A stretch of 64,000 bases of DNA from contig CM069149.1 in NCBI GenBank assembly GCA_035221665.1, positions 40,424,001 to 40,488,000 of the forward strand, written 5' to 3'. The stretch comes from Okamejei kenojei. Taxonomy: Eukaryota. The notes beneath the pieces were generated by a model. That model made no database searches. It was not told the origin of the DNA and saw only the letters and a list, made by a program, of their open reading frames with translations. Of the stretch, positions 25,830 to 38,700 are shown one piece after another (within the stretch, counting starts at the first letter, position 1; every line of letters begins with the position of its first letter). Position numbers and translations under genes: made by a program.

Positions 25830-26265
25830 CTAAATCAAAAGAGTTTATTGTCATGTGTCCCTGACAGGACAATGAAATTCTTTCTTTGCATAGCTCAACA
25901 GAACATAGTAGGCATTGACTACAGTTGTATACTTAAATACACACATTAATTAATAAATTAATAAAGTGCAAATAACAGATGGAGGGGTATTAATGTTCAG
26001 AGTTTTGTCCGAGCCAGGTTTAATAGCCTGATGGCGGTGGGGAAGTAGCTATTCCTGAACCGGGTCGTTGCAGTTCTCAGGCTCCTGTACCTTCTACCCG
26101 AAGGTAGCAGGGAGATGAGTGTGTGGCCAGGGTGGTGTGGGTCCTTGATGATGCTGCCAGCCTTTTTGAGGCAACGGCTGTGGTAGATCCCCTCGATGGA
26201 AGGAAGGTCAGAGCCGATGATGGACTGGGCAGTGTTTACTACGGACTGGGCAGTGTTTACTACTG
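25830..26265 (-). mobile_element. Rex1/Babar LINE 3' fragment
   Basis: IIGSDLPSIEGIYHSRCLKKAGSIIKDPHHPGHTLISLLPSGRRYRSLRTATTRFRNSYFPTAIRLLN; 21-bp tandem duplication at 26222-26263. Confidence 0.88.
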
Positions 26266-26532
26266 TTATTACCGGCAATAACAAAATGATTTGTGATCCT
26301 GTGATAAGGAAAGTGACGTGCATTGAGGTACAGTGAAAAGCTTTTTTGTAACATGTCGGAAAGACTATACATGATTGCAATCAAGCTGTCCACAGTGTAC
26401 AGATACAGAATAAAGGGAAGAACTATCTTTAGTTCTTTACTAGATGTTATCTTGCACTAAACGTTATACCATTTATCCTGTATCTGTACACTGTGGATGG
26501 CTTGATAGTAATCATATCTTTGCATGTAATGC

Positions 26533-26738
26533 TTAAGAAAGAACTGCAGATGCTGGAAAAATCGAAGGTAGACAAAAATGATGGAGAAACTCAGTGGGTG
26601 AGGCAGCATCTATGGAGCGAAGGAATAGGTGACATTTCGGGTCGAGTCTGAAGAAGGGTCTCGACCCGAAACATCACCTATTCCTTCGCTCCATAGATGC
26701 TGCCTCACCCGCTGAGTTTCTCCAGCATTTTTGTCTAC
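26533..26738. mobile_element. Fold-back Penelope terminal-repeat element with 15-bp TSD and hammerhead core at its centre
   Basis: TSD CTTTGCATGTAATGC (26518-32, 26739-53); near-perfect arms of about 80 bp; CTGAAGAAGGGTCTCGACCCGAAACATC at 26648-26675. Confidence 0.85.
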
Positions 26739-28620
26739 CTTTGCATGTAATGCAATCTTTACGCTGACTGGATAGCATACAACAACAACAACAACAAAAG
26801 ATTTTCACCGTACCTCAGTACATGTGACAATAATGAACTAGACTAAGGTGAAGTCTGATTATGTTGGCTGCTTTTCCAAGGCAGCCCGAAGTGTGAATGG
26901 AGTCAATGGTGGGGAGTGTGGGCTTTGTGAAGAGCAGAATTGCTAACTGCAGTCACAAAAGTTTGTGAGATTAAGTTTTATTTTGGCTAATGGTTAATCT
27001 GAGTAACCATAAACATTATTAACCAAGATTTTCACTGAGAGAAAGCAGGTGCTCGTGATTTTGCCAAGCTATCCTGGCAGACTGTGGGGCCGTTGGCTTG
27101 TCTAATTCAGCAGAGGGAATCAGAATTTGATGATGAATATGGAACATTCACAAACAGTGCGAGCAAATATCAGACAATGGTGGGGAGTCTGGTCTGTGTG
27201 AAGAGCAGAATTGCTAACTGCTTGGCACACCACACTCCCCACCATTGACTCCATCTACACTTCAGTTTGCCTTGGGAAAGCAGCCAACATAATCAGACTT
27301 CAGCTTAGATTAGTTCCAGCCCTGCATTCGCTGTAAGGCAGCAACTGTACTGCTGTGCCACCGTGCCACCCTGTGAAAGTGAAAGCAGAGATGGTGTATT
27401 TACAAGGTTTTTATCAGGAGGTTTTCTTCAATTCATTGCCATGAGCATGGAACAATTGGGAATGAGCTGACAGAAAAGGAGCAAAGAAACTAAGCAGAGA
27501 CCAAATCAGTACCGCAGGGAATTGAGGGAATCATCAACCATCTTTGGGACAGAATGGAACGAGAAATTTCAGCATTTGGAAGCCTTTGCTTCCAATAGTT
27601 GATCTACTTCTTGATCTCATGGTTTTATTTTAAATAAATAAAGAATTGTATTTGTTTAGGCTAACTACATCTAGCATTATGTTATTGCAGATTCAATACT
27701 TCATAAAATATGTTGGAAAGTGTGTGGCACGGTAGCGCAGTGGTAGAGCACCAGAGACCCTGATTCGATGCCGACTACAGGTGCTGTCTGTACGGAGTTT
27801 GTACGTTCTCCCTGTGACCGTGTGTGTTTTCAGTTTACTCCCACACACCAAAGACTAACAGTTTTGTAGGTTGATTGGCTTGGTATAAATGTAAATTGTC
27901 CCAAGTATGTGTGGGATAGCGTTAATGTGCAGGGTTCGCTGGTTGGCGTGGTCTCGGTGGGCCAAAGGGCCTGTTTCCGTGTTGTATCTCAAAACTCAAT
28001 TAAACTTAGAAAGCCGGTTTAAAGCAATAAAATCTATAAAGATTATTAAATACATCAAATTCTATAATATATTAAAAAAAGTATTGGAAGTGACTTTTAA
28101 ATAATATTTTTTACTCTTTCTTCTCTCGGTATTAAATATGGTATATATCAGTGGTTTGCTGTGTGGTATTTTGTTACCAAATCCACACAATGGTTAAAGA
28201 AATAGATGCTGACTGCATCAAGGTGACTTATTGTGTACACAGTAACTCTATGCAAGAGCAATTCAAGGTTTAACCTTGGTTCTGCATCTTAAAATAGCTC
28301 TTTCTTCAAATACTTATCTTGCCATCTCTTAAAACAGTCAATGCTCTCAGCCTCAATCATCTCTTGTGAACGACTGTGAAGAAATCTTCCCAACAACTTA
28401 TTTCTCATTCTTTTAGTGGTATTTTTAATTGCTGATCACACCTTATTTTCTTTTGAAAATGGTGACTCTGAATACTGTCTCAGTGGACTGCTGCCATACA
28501 CTTGTGCTATATCTGAGATGCTTACCTAACATGTATCTAAGTGCTTATGTATAGTGATACTTGTCCTGAACTGTAGACAAAAATGAAATTAATGGTGCCT
28601 CGGTGCAGGTGACAAATAAA

Positions 28621-28716
28621 GCATATTCCATACTATAAAGTACCATACCATGCTATAAAGTACCGTAACATACCCTGCCATAAAGTACCATGCCATAAAG
28701 TACCATACCATGCCAA
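28621..28716. repeat. Degenerate minisatellite (ATAAAGTACCATACCATGC-like units)
   Basis: About 4-5 imperfect tandem units. Confidence 0.75.
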
Positions 28717-31700
28717 ATATTTTTTCTTCTTTTCTCTGAAGGAAAACTGTAAGAAATATATACCTTTCATCTTTGCTGCAATGGAAATAATTGTGAAGCC
28801 TTAATTCTCTCCACATTACTATGGTTTCCACTTAGTTAAACACCATGCCCTATATTACGCTTTCTGTAACGTGGCAGCCAAAATCATAAGATCATACGTG
28901 ATAGGAGTAAAATTAGGCCAAAAAGTAGATATTTGAAAGAAATGTGGCTGCAATGTGTGATGATGGCAGGTTTAACATCAAGTGATGTCTCTTTGTAAAC
29001 ATATGTAGTATATTAATTATGAAATTCAGTGTGAAACATAGAGCTCTACAGCATGTAAACGTGTCCATGCTGACCAAGGTGGTATGCTGGGCGCTTGACA
29101 GCACTGGGCCTCTACTCACTAGAGTCTAGAAAGTTGAGGGGGGATCTTATTGAAATGTACAGAATAATGAAAGGCACAGATAGAGGGATGTGGAAAGGAT
29201 GCTTCCACTGGTGGGAGAGTCTTGGACCAGAGTTCATAGCCGCAGAATTCAAGGGTGCTCTTTTAGAAAGGAGGTGATGAGGGAATTCTTTAGTCAGAGT
29301 TTAATCTGTGGAACTCATTGCCACAGAGGGCTGTGGAGGCCAAGTCTGTGGATATTTTTAAGGCAGAGATAGACAATTTCTTGATTAGAACGGGTGTCGA
29401 GGGTTATGTGGAGAAGGCAGGAAAACGGGATTAGGAGGCAGAGATCAGCCATGATTGAATGGCGAAGTTGACTCGATGCCCTAATTCTACTCCTATAACT
29501 TGTGAATTTGTGCACTTGTTATTCCCATTTGCCTGCATTTTGCTTAGAAACTTCTAAAATGTGCTATCCACATACTGTATTTATCCAATTGTCCTTTGAG
29601 GAACAAACAAGGACAATTGTATTTAATGTTAACAGCCAGGCTAACTTTAATATTATAAGTAGAAACAGTAGTAAAGACAATGTTTAGTTTTTGATCACAT
29701 TGTACTTTAATCACTCTGGTAGCAATGAATTTGTTCTTATTAAATAAAACCATGAACATAAAATCACACAAATATTGTCCTTAATTCTTTGCTGCAAACA
29801 AGATAAGCTGTCTTTTCATTGAGTGTATTCTTTCAATCATATGTTAATATCAGTAAAACACATGAATAATTTCTTCAAATTGGTAACCTAAAACTCGCCC
29901 TAGTTAATGGGAAAGATTAATGGAGCGACAATTGTACTGTTTTTACACAGCAGATTTTTGGGATTCAATGGAGCCGAGATAATTAACTAATGTTTACAGT
30001 GAGAATTCCTGAATCTTTCACCTGGAACAGATATCCTATCATATCTGCAATTTTCTTTGGTGTTGTACTGTAAAAATGAGTAAGAATCAGCTATATTTGT
30101 TTTACCCATCAGCTACGAAGGTTTAGAATTGTGTTTACCAGATTTTCAAATACTATTATGGAAGTAGGATAGAACAGTGGCACAGCAGTAGAGTTGCTGC
30201 CTTACAGTGCTAGAGAGACCCGGATTCAATCCTGTCAGCGGGTGGTGTCTGTCGGGAGTTTGTACATTCTCTGCTTGGGTTTTCTCTGGGAAGCTCCAGT
30301 TCCTCTTTCCATTGGTTTGAGGAGCCATTTGCAATCCCCATTGCTGATTTTACGTTGAGCATGTAATCGGGACTAAGACAAGGTTTCTGACTCATCCTTA
30401 TGAGTGTGCTGTGTTGAACCTGTGTAAAGGCTATTTGAAAATGGATGTCTCTTACAAATATTGCGACACAAATCCAGGCCAATCCTGAAGAAGGATTGTT
30501 AGGGGTTGGCACAGATGATGGGGATGGCTTCCCAATACCCAGGACGGCAGCAATGAATTGTCTCCCTTGAATTCTCGTAAGCATGGACAGGTACTGTATT
30601 AGCTGCAGTTGTAAGCGCCTAAATTGATCTAACATTGCCATCTCCAACTTTGCCACAGGGAAAACGATATCACTTCCACCACGAGGGCAGCATCCAATGC
30701 ACAATAGATATTGACCTCAGTTACTTAGTCTGGTTGTTCATAAGTTACAGGAGCAGAATTAGGCCATTCGGCCCATCACGTCTACTCCGCAATTCCATCA
30801 AGGCTGATCTACCTTTCCCTCTCGACCCCATACTCCTGCCTCCTCCCCATAACCCCTGACACACGCACTGATCAAGAATCTTTCAATCTCCGCCTTAAAA
30901 ATATCCATTGACTTGGCCTCCACAGCCATCTGTGGCAATGAATTCCACAGATTCACCCTCTGACTAAAGAAATTCCTTCTCATCTCCTTGCTGAAGGAAC
31001 ATTATTTTATTCTGAGGCGATGGCCTCTGGTCCTAGACTCACCCACTAGTGCAAACATCCTCTCCACATCCACTCTATTCAGTAATATTGAAGCACTGAC
31101 ATTGAATATGTTAACACCATAACGTGGATAAAAGTAGAATGCCTAAAATCGCTATTAGACTGTCTTAAATTGGCTAGATTAAAGTAACTGTATTGAAAGA
31201 TGTTTTATTAATTGTCTCTGAATCAAGCATGTGCAATTTGCTGGGTTCATTTTCCATTGCTTGTGTAAAGGAATGGTTGCAGAATTTTAGTATATTGTTA
31301 AATAAGTCCTATGTCCAGAGGATTTCGGTCCAAAGTGAGGGGGGAAAGATTTAATAGGAACCTGAAGGGTCATGTCATGTGATAGTACCAGAATTAGGCC
31401 ATTCGGCCCATCAAGTCTACTCCACCATTCAATCATGGCTGATCTATCTCTCCCTCCTAACCCCATTACCCCTGACACGCATACTAATCAAGAATTTGCC
31501 TTAAAAATATCCATTGACTTGGCTTCCACAGACTTCTGTGGCAAAGAATTCCACAGATTCACCAACCTCTGACTAAAGGAATTCCTCCTCATCTCCTTCC
31601 TAAAGGAACATCCTTTAATTCTGAGGCTATGACCTCTAGTCCTAGACTCTCCCACAAGTGGAAACATCCTCTCCACATCCACTCTATCCAAGCCACAGGG

Positions 31701-32218
31701 TAACCTTTTCACAAAAAGGATGGAGGGTGTATGGAACAAGCTATCCAGAGGTAGTTGAGACCGGTATTTTTGTGACAGTAAGAAACATTTAGACTGGCAC
31801 GTGGATAGGACAGGTTTAAAAGGTATAGAAGTGTGAACACGCACATCTCCAGATTCGGGGACAGTTTCTTCCCAGCTGTGATTAAACAACTGAACCGTCC
31901 AACATAACGTCAATCCCTTATCATGTATCTGTACACTGCGAATGGCTCGATTGCAAACGTTTATTGTCTTTCCGCTGACTGGTCAGCACCCAACAAAAGC
32001 TTTTCGCTGCACCCCGGTACACGTGACAATAAACTAAACTGAACTGTAGAAGTATAATTGGGCCAAATGCAGGTGGGTGGTACACATGTAGGTCAAGTTG
32101 GGTCGGAGGGACTGTTTCCACGCTGTATGACTCTCTTCATTCCCGAGTCATGAGTTGCATCAACTAAATGCTCCTGCCTTCAGTAGCTTTGTCTGACATT
32201 CTCGTTTCAATCTTCCAG

Positions 32219-32460
32219 GTTATTAGAGGCAGCGCTGATAGAATGCTTCACACTGGGCGGCGATTGATGGCCGCGGATTCAACTCGTCCCATGCCGTACC
32301 CACCAGTGAATGTGACAAATGGCACAGACACTTGCATTCTCTTTCACGCTGCCAGCCTGCAACTAAAAGTCAATGGAACACTCATCGACTTGACCAATGA
32401 AACCTTTATTTCCAGATCGGTGGACACCGATAGTTCCATGTGTTCAACCGCAAATGTCAC
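32219..32460 (+). CDS. ATP6AP1-like: ATP6AP1-like exon 7
   Basis: ttccag|GTT...AC|gtaagt; VIRGSADRMLHTGRRLMAADSTRPMPYPPVNVTNGTDTCILF...DLTNETF...SMCSTANV; several N-glycosylation sequons. Confidence 0.93.
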
Positions 32461-33249
32461 GTAAGTTGAAGAAATAACGCTAGTAAACCTAAATATCAGC
32501 CCACAGAGGTTTTCCTTCACAAACGCACGCTGTGATTTAAGACTATAATGGATTTAGACACCTATTCCTTTTTAACTATGTGGGCTGCACAGCGGTAGAG
32601 TTGCTGCTTTAAAGCGACAGTGACCAGGGTTCTATCCTAACTACGGGTGTGCTGCTCTCCCTGTGAACACGTGGGTTTTCAGCTCACATTTCCTCCCACT
32701 CTCAAAAAATGTGCAAGTGTGTAGGTTCTGTAAATTGTCCCTAGTGTGTAGGATAATGTTAGTCTATGGGATGATCGATGGCTGGCACGGACTCGGTGGG
32801 CTGAAGGGCCTGTTTCCGCGCTGTATCTCTAAAGTCTAAAGCAATAATCCTATTGAATGGCAGAGCAAACTCAACAGCTGCTGTCTACATTCTCCGGTGG
32901 ACCAGATACCCATGGCATGAACTGTTTATTTAACAATTAGATGGTTTGTCAGCCTACTTAGTCAATGGCCATACGCTGAATTCCTTTTCCCAAAAGAACG
33001 CGAGTCTTTTTTTCAAAATACTAGTCTTTTTTTTCACGAAAGCCTCATCGATATTAACACTTAATTCTAATTGTATTTATCTGTGTTCCATTTCCTCAAT
33101 TGGCACCTGAGATTTGAATGTGATTCATTTTGCCTGTAGATTATTGAACAATAATATAACTACACTACACTGCCTGACGTGTAAACATCTGCTCAACTCT
33201 TGTTTTTATAAATATTCTTTTTTCACACTTTTAATGTTCTGTATTTCAG

Positions 33250-33312
33250 GTTATCACTCAAGTATTCACTCCAACAAAGTCCAAGTCTCAGTCTTAAGAC
33301 TCTAGAAATCCG
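33250..33312 (+). CDS. ATP6AP1-like: ATP6AP1-like exon 8
   Basis: tttcag|G...CG|gtaagt; LSLKYSLQQSPSLSLKTLEI(R), phase 2 to 2. Confidence 0.88.
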
Positions 33313-33866
33313 GTAAGTCACTATCATTTTATAAATTCATAAGTTATCAGAGCAGAACCACTTGGAGCAGAATTAGGCCATTCGGCCCCATCAGATTTAC
33401 TCCACCATTCAATCATTGCTGATCTATCTTCCCCTCTGCCGATTATGGGTGCTGTCTGTACAGAGTTTGTACGTTCTCCCCTTGACGTGCGTGGGCTTTC
33501 TCCAGGTGCTCCGGCTTCCTCCCACACTCCAACGACGTACAGGCTTGTTGGCTAATTGGCTATAGTAAAATTGTAAATCGCCCCTTATGTGTGTAGAATA
33601 GTGGTAGTGCGTGGGGATTGTTGGTCAGCGCGAACTCGGCCGGCCAATGGGCTTGTTTCCTGGCTGTATCTCTAAACTAAACTAAAAAAAAAATCCAAGA
33701 GACCGTAACTTATCAATTCTGCTTCTGAATAACAATATATATATATATATATATATTTTTTTTTTGTTGTTGTGAAGTTACAGCCAATATAACGTGGTTT
33801 GAACACACAATAATTCACGAAACAATTTTTTCAAACATTATTTACTGATTCTGCTTTCCTTCCAAG

Positions 33867-34104
33867 GTTTATGATGAGGAATCGTTTCTACAAAGTATCA
33901 GCTCGGCACTGGTTTACCTTGGATTTTGTTGAGATAGTGCAGGATGAAGTGAATGTTGCAGTGTTTAATGTATCCAGCGTCTCAGCCCCACATCAATATT
34001 CCTTCCACTGTCAGCTGGTCGGAACCAGTGGGCTCTCTGGAGCATTGCTTATTCCGGCTAATGATGCTGCTGGAGCCTGGACCATCACAATTTCTGAGTT
34101 TCAG
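33867..34104 (+). CDS. ATP6AP1-like: ATP6AP1-like exon 9
   Basis: tccaag|G...CAG|gtaagt; FMMRNRFYKVSARHWFTLD...APHQYSFHC...WTITISEFQ. Confidence 0.95.
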
Positions 34105-34735
34105 GTAAGTTGGTAATATATATGTGCAGTGGCGCAGTGGGTAGAGCTGCTGCCTCACAGCGCCAGAGATCTGGATTTGATCCTGACCTCGGGTGCTGTC
34201 TGTGTGTGGTGAGCACGTTCTCCTTGTGACCACATGGATTTTCTCCGGGTGCTCCGGTTTTCTCCCATGTCCCAAAGACACACGGGTTTGTAGGTTAATT
34301 GGCCTCAATAAATTGACTTTAGTGTGCAGGGAGTGGACGAGAAAGTGGGATAACAAAAAACAAGTGAAAGAGTGATCGATGGTCAGCATGTAATCTGAGG
34401 GCTGAAGGGCCTGACACCATACTATATCTCTAAGCTCTGAAATGAATGGCATGGTCTTCAGCAATGGTTGGTCCCTGTAAACGTTCAGATGTGGGCATTA
34501 ACATTGGACCTGAAGGAGCAGTCTAAGGTGAATGCCTCACCCCTGTGTCCAATTTTATGCTTTAACTCTGAATCACAATTCCAAACCCATTTAATAAAAT
34601 GTACAAGGATGGCATTGTTCTAACGTTCTGTACGAAGCCAAAGATAACCTTTTATGCAACTGGGTCTGGTCGTAATTAAAAATACTAATCTGTACTTCAT
34701 CTGTTCTTTTTTTTTATCTCTTCTTGCTTCAACAG

Positions 34736-34945
34736 ATTCAGGGTTTCAACGTGGAGGACAACCGATTTGCTTATGCCAGTGACTGTTCTTCCTTCTTCAC
34801 AAGGGCTATTTGGATGGCCCTGGTGACATCACTGATTCTTTTGTACATCCTCACCTTTGGCATACACATGATTATGCAATTGACAACAAACGACCGCTTT
34901 GATGATCCCAAAGGCCAGGCCTTAATAGTTCCCCAGACTGACTAG
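34736..34945 (+). CDS. ATP6AP1-like: ATP6AP1-like exon 10 (TM helix, cytosolic tail, stop)
   Basis: caacag|ATT; IQGFNVEDNRFAYASDCSSFFTRAIWMALVTSLILLYILTFGIHMIMQLTTNDRFDDPKGQALIVPQTD*. Confidence 0.95.
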   Translation: MQGFNVEDNRFAYASDCSSFFTRAIWMALVTSLILLYILTFGIHMIMQLTTNDRFDDPKGQALIVPQTD

Positions 34946-34984
34946 GTCCACGTGAGTTCTCAAACTCTCTCTCTCGTGTTAACT

Positions 34985-35210
34985 GGTGTAGGGAGGAACT
35001 GCAGTCACTGGTTGACACCAAAGACAGACACAAAATGCTGGATTAACTCAGAGGGTCGGACAGCATCTCTGGAGAACATGGATAGGTGAATTTTTGTGTT
35101 GAGACCTTCTTCAAAAGAAAGATATCGACCCGAAACGTCACCTATCCATTTTCTTCAGAGATGCTGCCTGACCTGTTCAGTTACTCCAACATCTTATGTC
35201 TATCTTCTGT
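34985..35210. mobile_element. Fold-back Penelope terminal-repeat element just downstream of the ATP6AP1-like stop codon
   Basis: Inverted arms at about 35021-35104 and 35125-35206; TGTTAACT duplicated at 34977-84 and 35211-18. Confidence 0.78.
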
Positions 35211-35399
35211 TGTTAACTAAATCGAATTATTGCTGAATATGTTAATACAGATTTCCCCGTTCACAGAATAATGCGCTTAGTCAAAATTTTGAGTGTTCGT
35301 TTTTGAGTGTTAGTATATTCCAGTTTGAACATGAATTAATTCTGTAGTTTTTAGCATCTGATGGATAAAGTTGACTGGAAAGGATGATGTACAGATCAC

Positions 35400-35770
35400 T
35401 TAATCATAGAGTCATACAGCATGGAAACAGGCCCTTCAGCCCAACTTGCCCACACTGTCCAACATGTCCTATCTACACTAGTCCCACTTGCCTGCATTTG
35501 ACCCATATCCCTCTAAACCTATCCTATCCATGTACCTGTCTAAATGCTTCTTAAACGTCACGATAGTCCCTGCCTCAACTACCTCCTCTGGCAGCTCGTT
35601 CCAAACACCCACCACCCTTTGCATGAATAAGTTACCCCTCAGATTCCTATAAAATCTTATCCCCTTCAATTTAAACCTATGCCCCCTGGTTCTCGATTCC
35701 CCTACTCTGGGCAAGAGACTTTGTGTATCTACCCAATCTATTCCTCTCGTGATTTTATATACCTCTATAA
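35400..35770 (-). mobile_element. CR1/HER1-type LINE 3' fragment
   Basis: IEVYKITRGIDWVDTQSLLPRVGESRTRGHRFKLKG...RVVGVWNELPEEVVEAG. Confidence 0.88.
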
Positions 35771-38700
35771 AATCAACATGATTATAAACGTTTTTCATTG
35801 GACCAAAGTGTAGCTTTAAGGAGAAGCATCCTACCTGGAAAGGAGATGAAGAAAACATTTGCGGGCGGCAGGCACAGTGGCACAGCTGGTAGATTCAGAC
35901 CTCAGGTGCTGTCTGTGTGGAGTTTGCATGCTCTCCCTGTGACCGTGTGGGTTTCCTCCCCCACGTCACAGACGTGTGGGTTGGTAGGTTAATCGGTCTC
36001 TGTAAATTGCCCCTAGTGTGCAGGGAGTGGATGAGAAAGTGGGATAACATGGAACCAGTGTGAACAAGAGATCGGTGGTTGGATGGACTCGATAGCCAAA
36101 AGACCTTTTTTAGGTCTACAGCGTGGAAACAAGCTGTTTGACCATCGATCACCCGTACGCTAATTCAATGTTATCCCACTTTTGCATCCTACATACTAGG
36201 AGCAATTTACGGAGGCAGAGAGCAGTCCTGAAATACCATCTGCTTCATCGGGGACCCTCGGACTTTACTGGCTCTACCTGGCACTAAACGTTATTCCCTT
36301 ATCATGCATCTGAACACTGCGAAAGGCTCGATTGTAATCATGTATTGTCTTTCCAGCTGTCTGGCTAGAACGCAACAAAAGCTTTTCACTGTACCTTGGT
36401 ATGCGTGACAATAAGCAAAACTAAACTAAAATGGTACAGCTGGTAGACCTGCTACCTCACAGTGCCAGCGACCTGGGTTCGATCCTGACCTCAGGCGGTT
36501 CTGAGTGTGTGGGGTTTGCACGTTCTCCCTGTGGTCAATGTTGTTTTACTCCGGGTGCTCCGGTTTCCCCCCCGCATCCTGAAGACGTGCGGGTTTGTAG
36601 GTTGATTGGCCTTTGTAAATAGCCTCCAAGATGCCGCGAGTAGATGAGAAAGTGAAATGACGTAGAATTAGTGCGTGAACGGATGATTGACGGTCAGTGA
36701 GGACTCGAAGGGCCGATGGGTCTGTTAACATGCTGTATCTCGAAACTAAATTAAGAAGGATCGCAAGTAGGACATTTTGATAGATTAAGTAGTTTTGATA
36801 CAAAAAGAGTAAAGGAAAGTAATGAGAAGATAGCATGAGAAAATGTGGATAAAATGTCTCCCTTTGAAATTAATTTGAATGAGAACCAAAACTGATGTTC
36901 TGAAATATTGTAAAGGGGATAAAAAAGCAAGTCTTCAAAGCACCACAGCACCAGTGAGCAAGGTTAGTTGTGACATGAATGAAACATTTTATATAAATTA
37001 TAGACCTCTACATTTTGCGGATGCAACTCAAAACTCACTTACATTTGTTTTTTCAGACAAGCTAATCATGATGAAGATATATAAGATGGCCAAAAGCCAA
37101 TGAAAACATTCTTTTGAAGGAAAGATTGAACCAAAACATTTTAAATTAAGAATACAAATTTGGAATGGATTAGCTAATGAAATTAATTCTGGTGGAGTCA
37201 CAAGTCAGTAATCCACGTACAAATTGTATATTATAATCACATTCGCAAATACAATGTTAGCACAATTAGGATTTAGATTTATATCTAACAAAGTACTGGC
37301 AAATTTCGAATATCAATTTGCGAAGGTCCTTCGCATAATCAAATTTTGCTCTGCTCCTGCAATAGTTTAGTTTAGTTTAGAGATACAGAGCAGAAACAGG
37401 CCCTTCGTCACATCGAGTCCGCACCGACCAGCGATCCCTATATACTAGCACTATCCTACACACTGGGGAACAATTTTTTACCAAAGCCAACTAACCTACA
37501 AACCTGTACGTGTTTGGAGTGTGGGAGGAAACCGGAGCACCTGGAGAAAGCCCAAGTGGTCACGGGGAGAACGTGCAAACTCCATACAGACAACACCCGT
37601 AGTCGTTATGGAACCCGGCTTTCTGGTGCTGTAAGGCAGCAACTCTACCGCTGTGCCAGTGAGCGGCCCAATGCAAATGATTGCTTCACTAATTTCCAAT
37701 GTGGAAGGTGCTATTTCAGGGATGCTCTTCTGCAGTTAGTAGACACTGAATACTTAAATTGTGTTCTTATTTTTGAAGCTCTTCTACACAACCGACTACT
37801 CGGCTCGCAGTTAAATAATGTAACTCAGTCAAATTACCTCTGGGAGAAAGGAAAACGTATCAGTTATAGTGCAGATGGATTGATTTTGTGTGCAAATTTA
37901 ACTTCATATTATTCAGTTAAGGTGAGGGGAAGGCGGGGGGGGGGGGGGGGGGGGGGTGGGAAAGATTAAAACAAAACTTTGGGATAACCTTTTTCACACA
38001 AAGGGTGGTGGATGTCTGGAACGAGCTGCAAGAGGTGGTAGTTGATGCTGGGACCATTCCCACGTTTAAGAAACATTTAGACAGGTACATGGATGGATGG
38101 GACAGGTTTAGAGGGACACTGTAATGGGTGAAAGACAGGCAGGTGGGATATATTGGCCGATGTAGGTAAGTTGGGTCGAGTGGCCAGTTCCTAAGCTGTA
38201 TGTCTCTAGGAAAAATGTTAATCAGGGAACAATGTTATTATTGTTATGTTAATGTTAATTATTACCTTAATTGTTACCATGTTATTATTCCTTCAGCATG
38301 CACGCGGAGTACTGTATGCCATGAGTGTAACACTACAGTGGCAGTAACATAAGGATTTTTGTTATGTTCTTTGCACAGATCCTAAAATCACAATTAAATA
38401 TATTTTGGGCACTGCAAAACAGAACAGTTGTTTTGTGATTATTTTTTTTTTTAAGAAAAAATATAATTTTCAGTGAAGATAGATACAGAATGCTGGAGAA
38501 ACTCCGCGGGTCAGGCAGCATCTCTGGAGAAAAGGAATAGGTTACGATTCGGTTCAAATCCCTTCTTCAGACAGAACCCTTCTTCAGACTCCTTCTCCCA
38601 CCGGCCCACTACTCGCGTCCGTTGATGCCAGTGGCTCCCTCCTGCCTTTGGGGCTTCCGAGCTTCCCCCTCCCTGTAGGCAGCAGCCAACCGGGTCTTCG

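Larger units (their letters stand above)
3382..34945 (+). other. ATP6AP1-like: ATP6AP1/Ac45-family gene (V-type proton ATPase subunit S1-like), exons 2-10; exon 1 not located
   Basis: Nine exons with GT-AG boundaries and compatible phases (127+69+182+41+86+242+63+238+210 = 1258 nt = 1 nt + 419 codons including stop). Ac45 motifs THEGHI, LSVEDFT, SSLVLPAVDW, VSARHWFT, YSFHC, YASDC and DRFDDPKG occur in order. Confidence 0.95.

Noticed and set aside
28621-28716. CRISPR-like array
   Set aside because: Simple degenerate minisatellite without unique spacers, in a eukaryotic context.
30676-30693. CTCF-like motif CCACCACGAGGGCAGCA
   Set aside because: Mismatch in the core; cannot be supported without a motif scan or ChIP data.
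30210-30704. 164-aa minus-strand ORF in intron 6
   Set aside because: Ends in a SINE; no recognisable domain or splice support.
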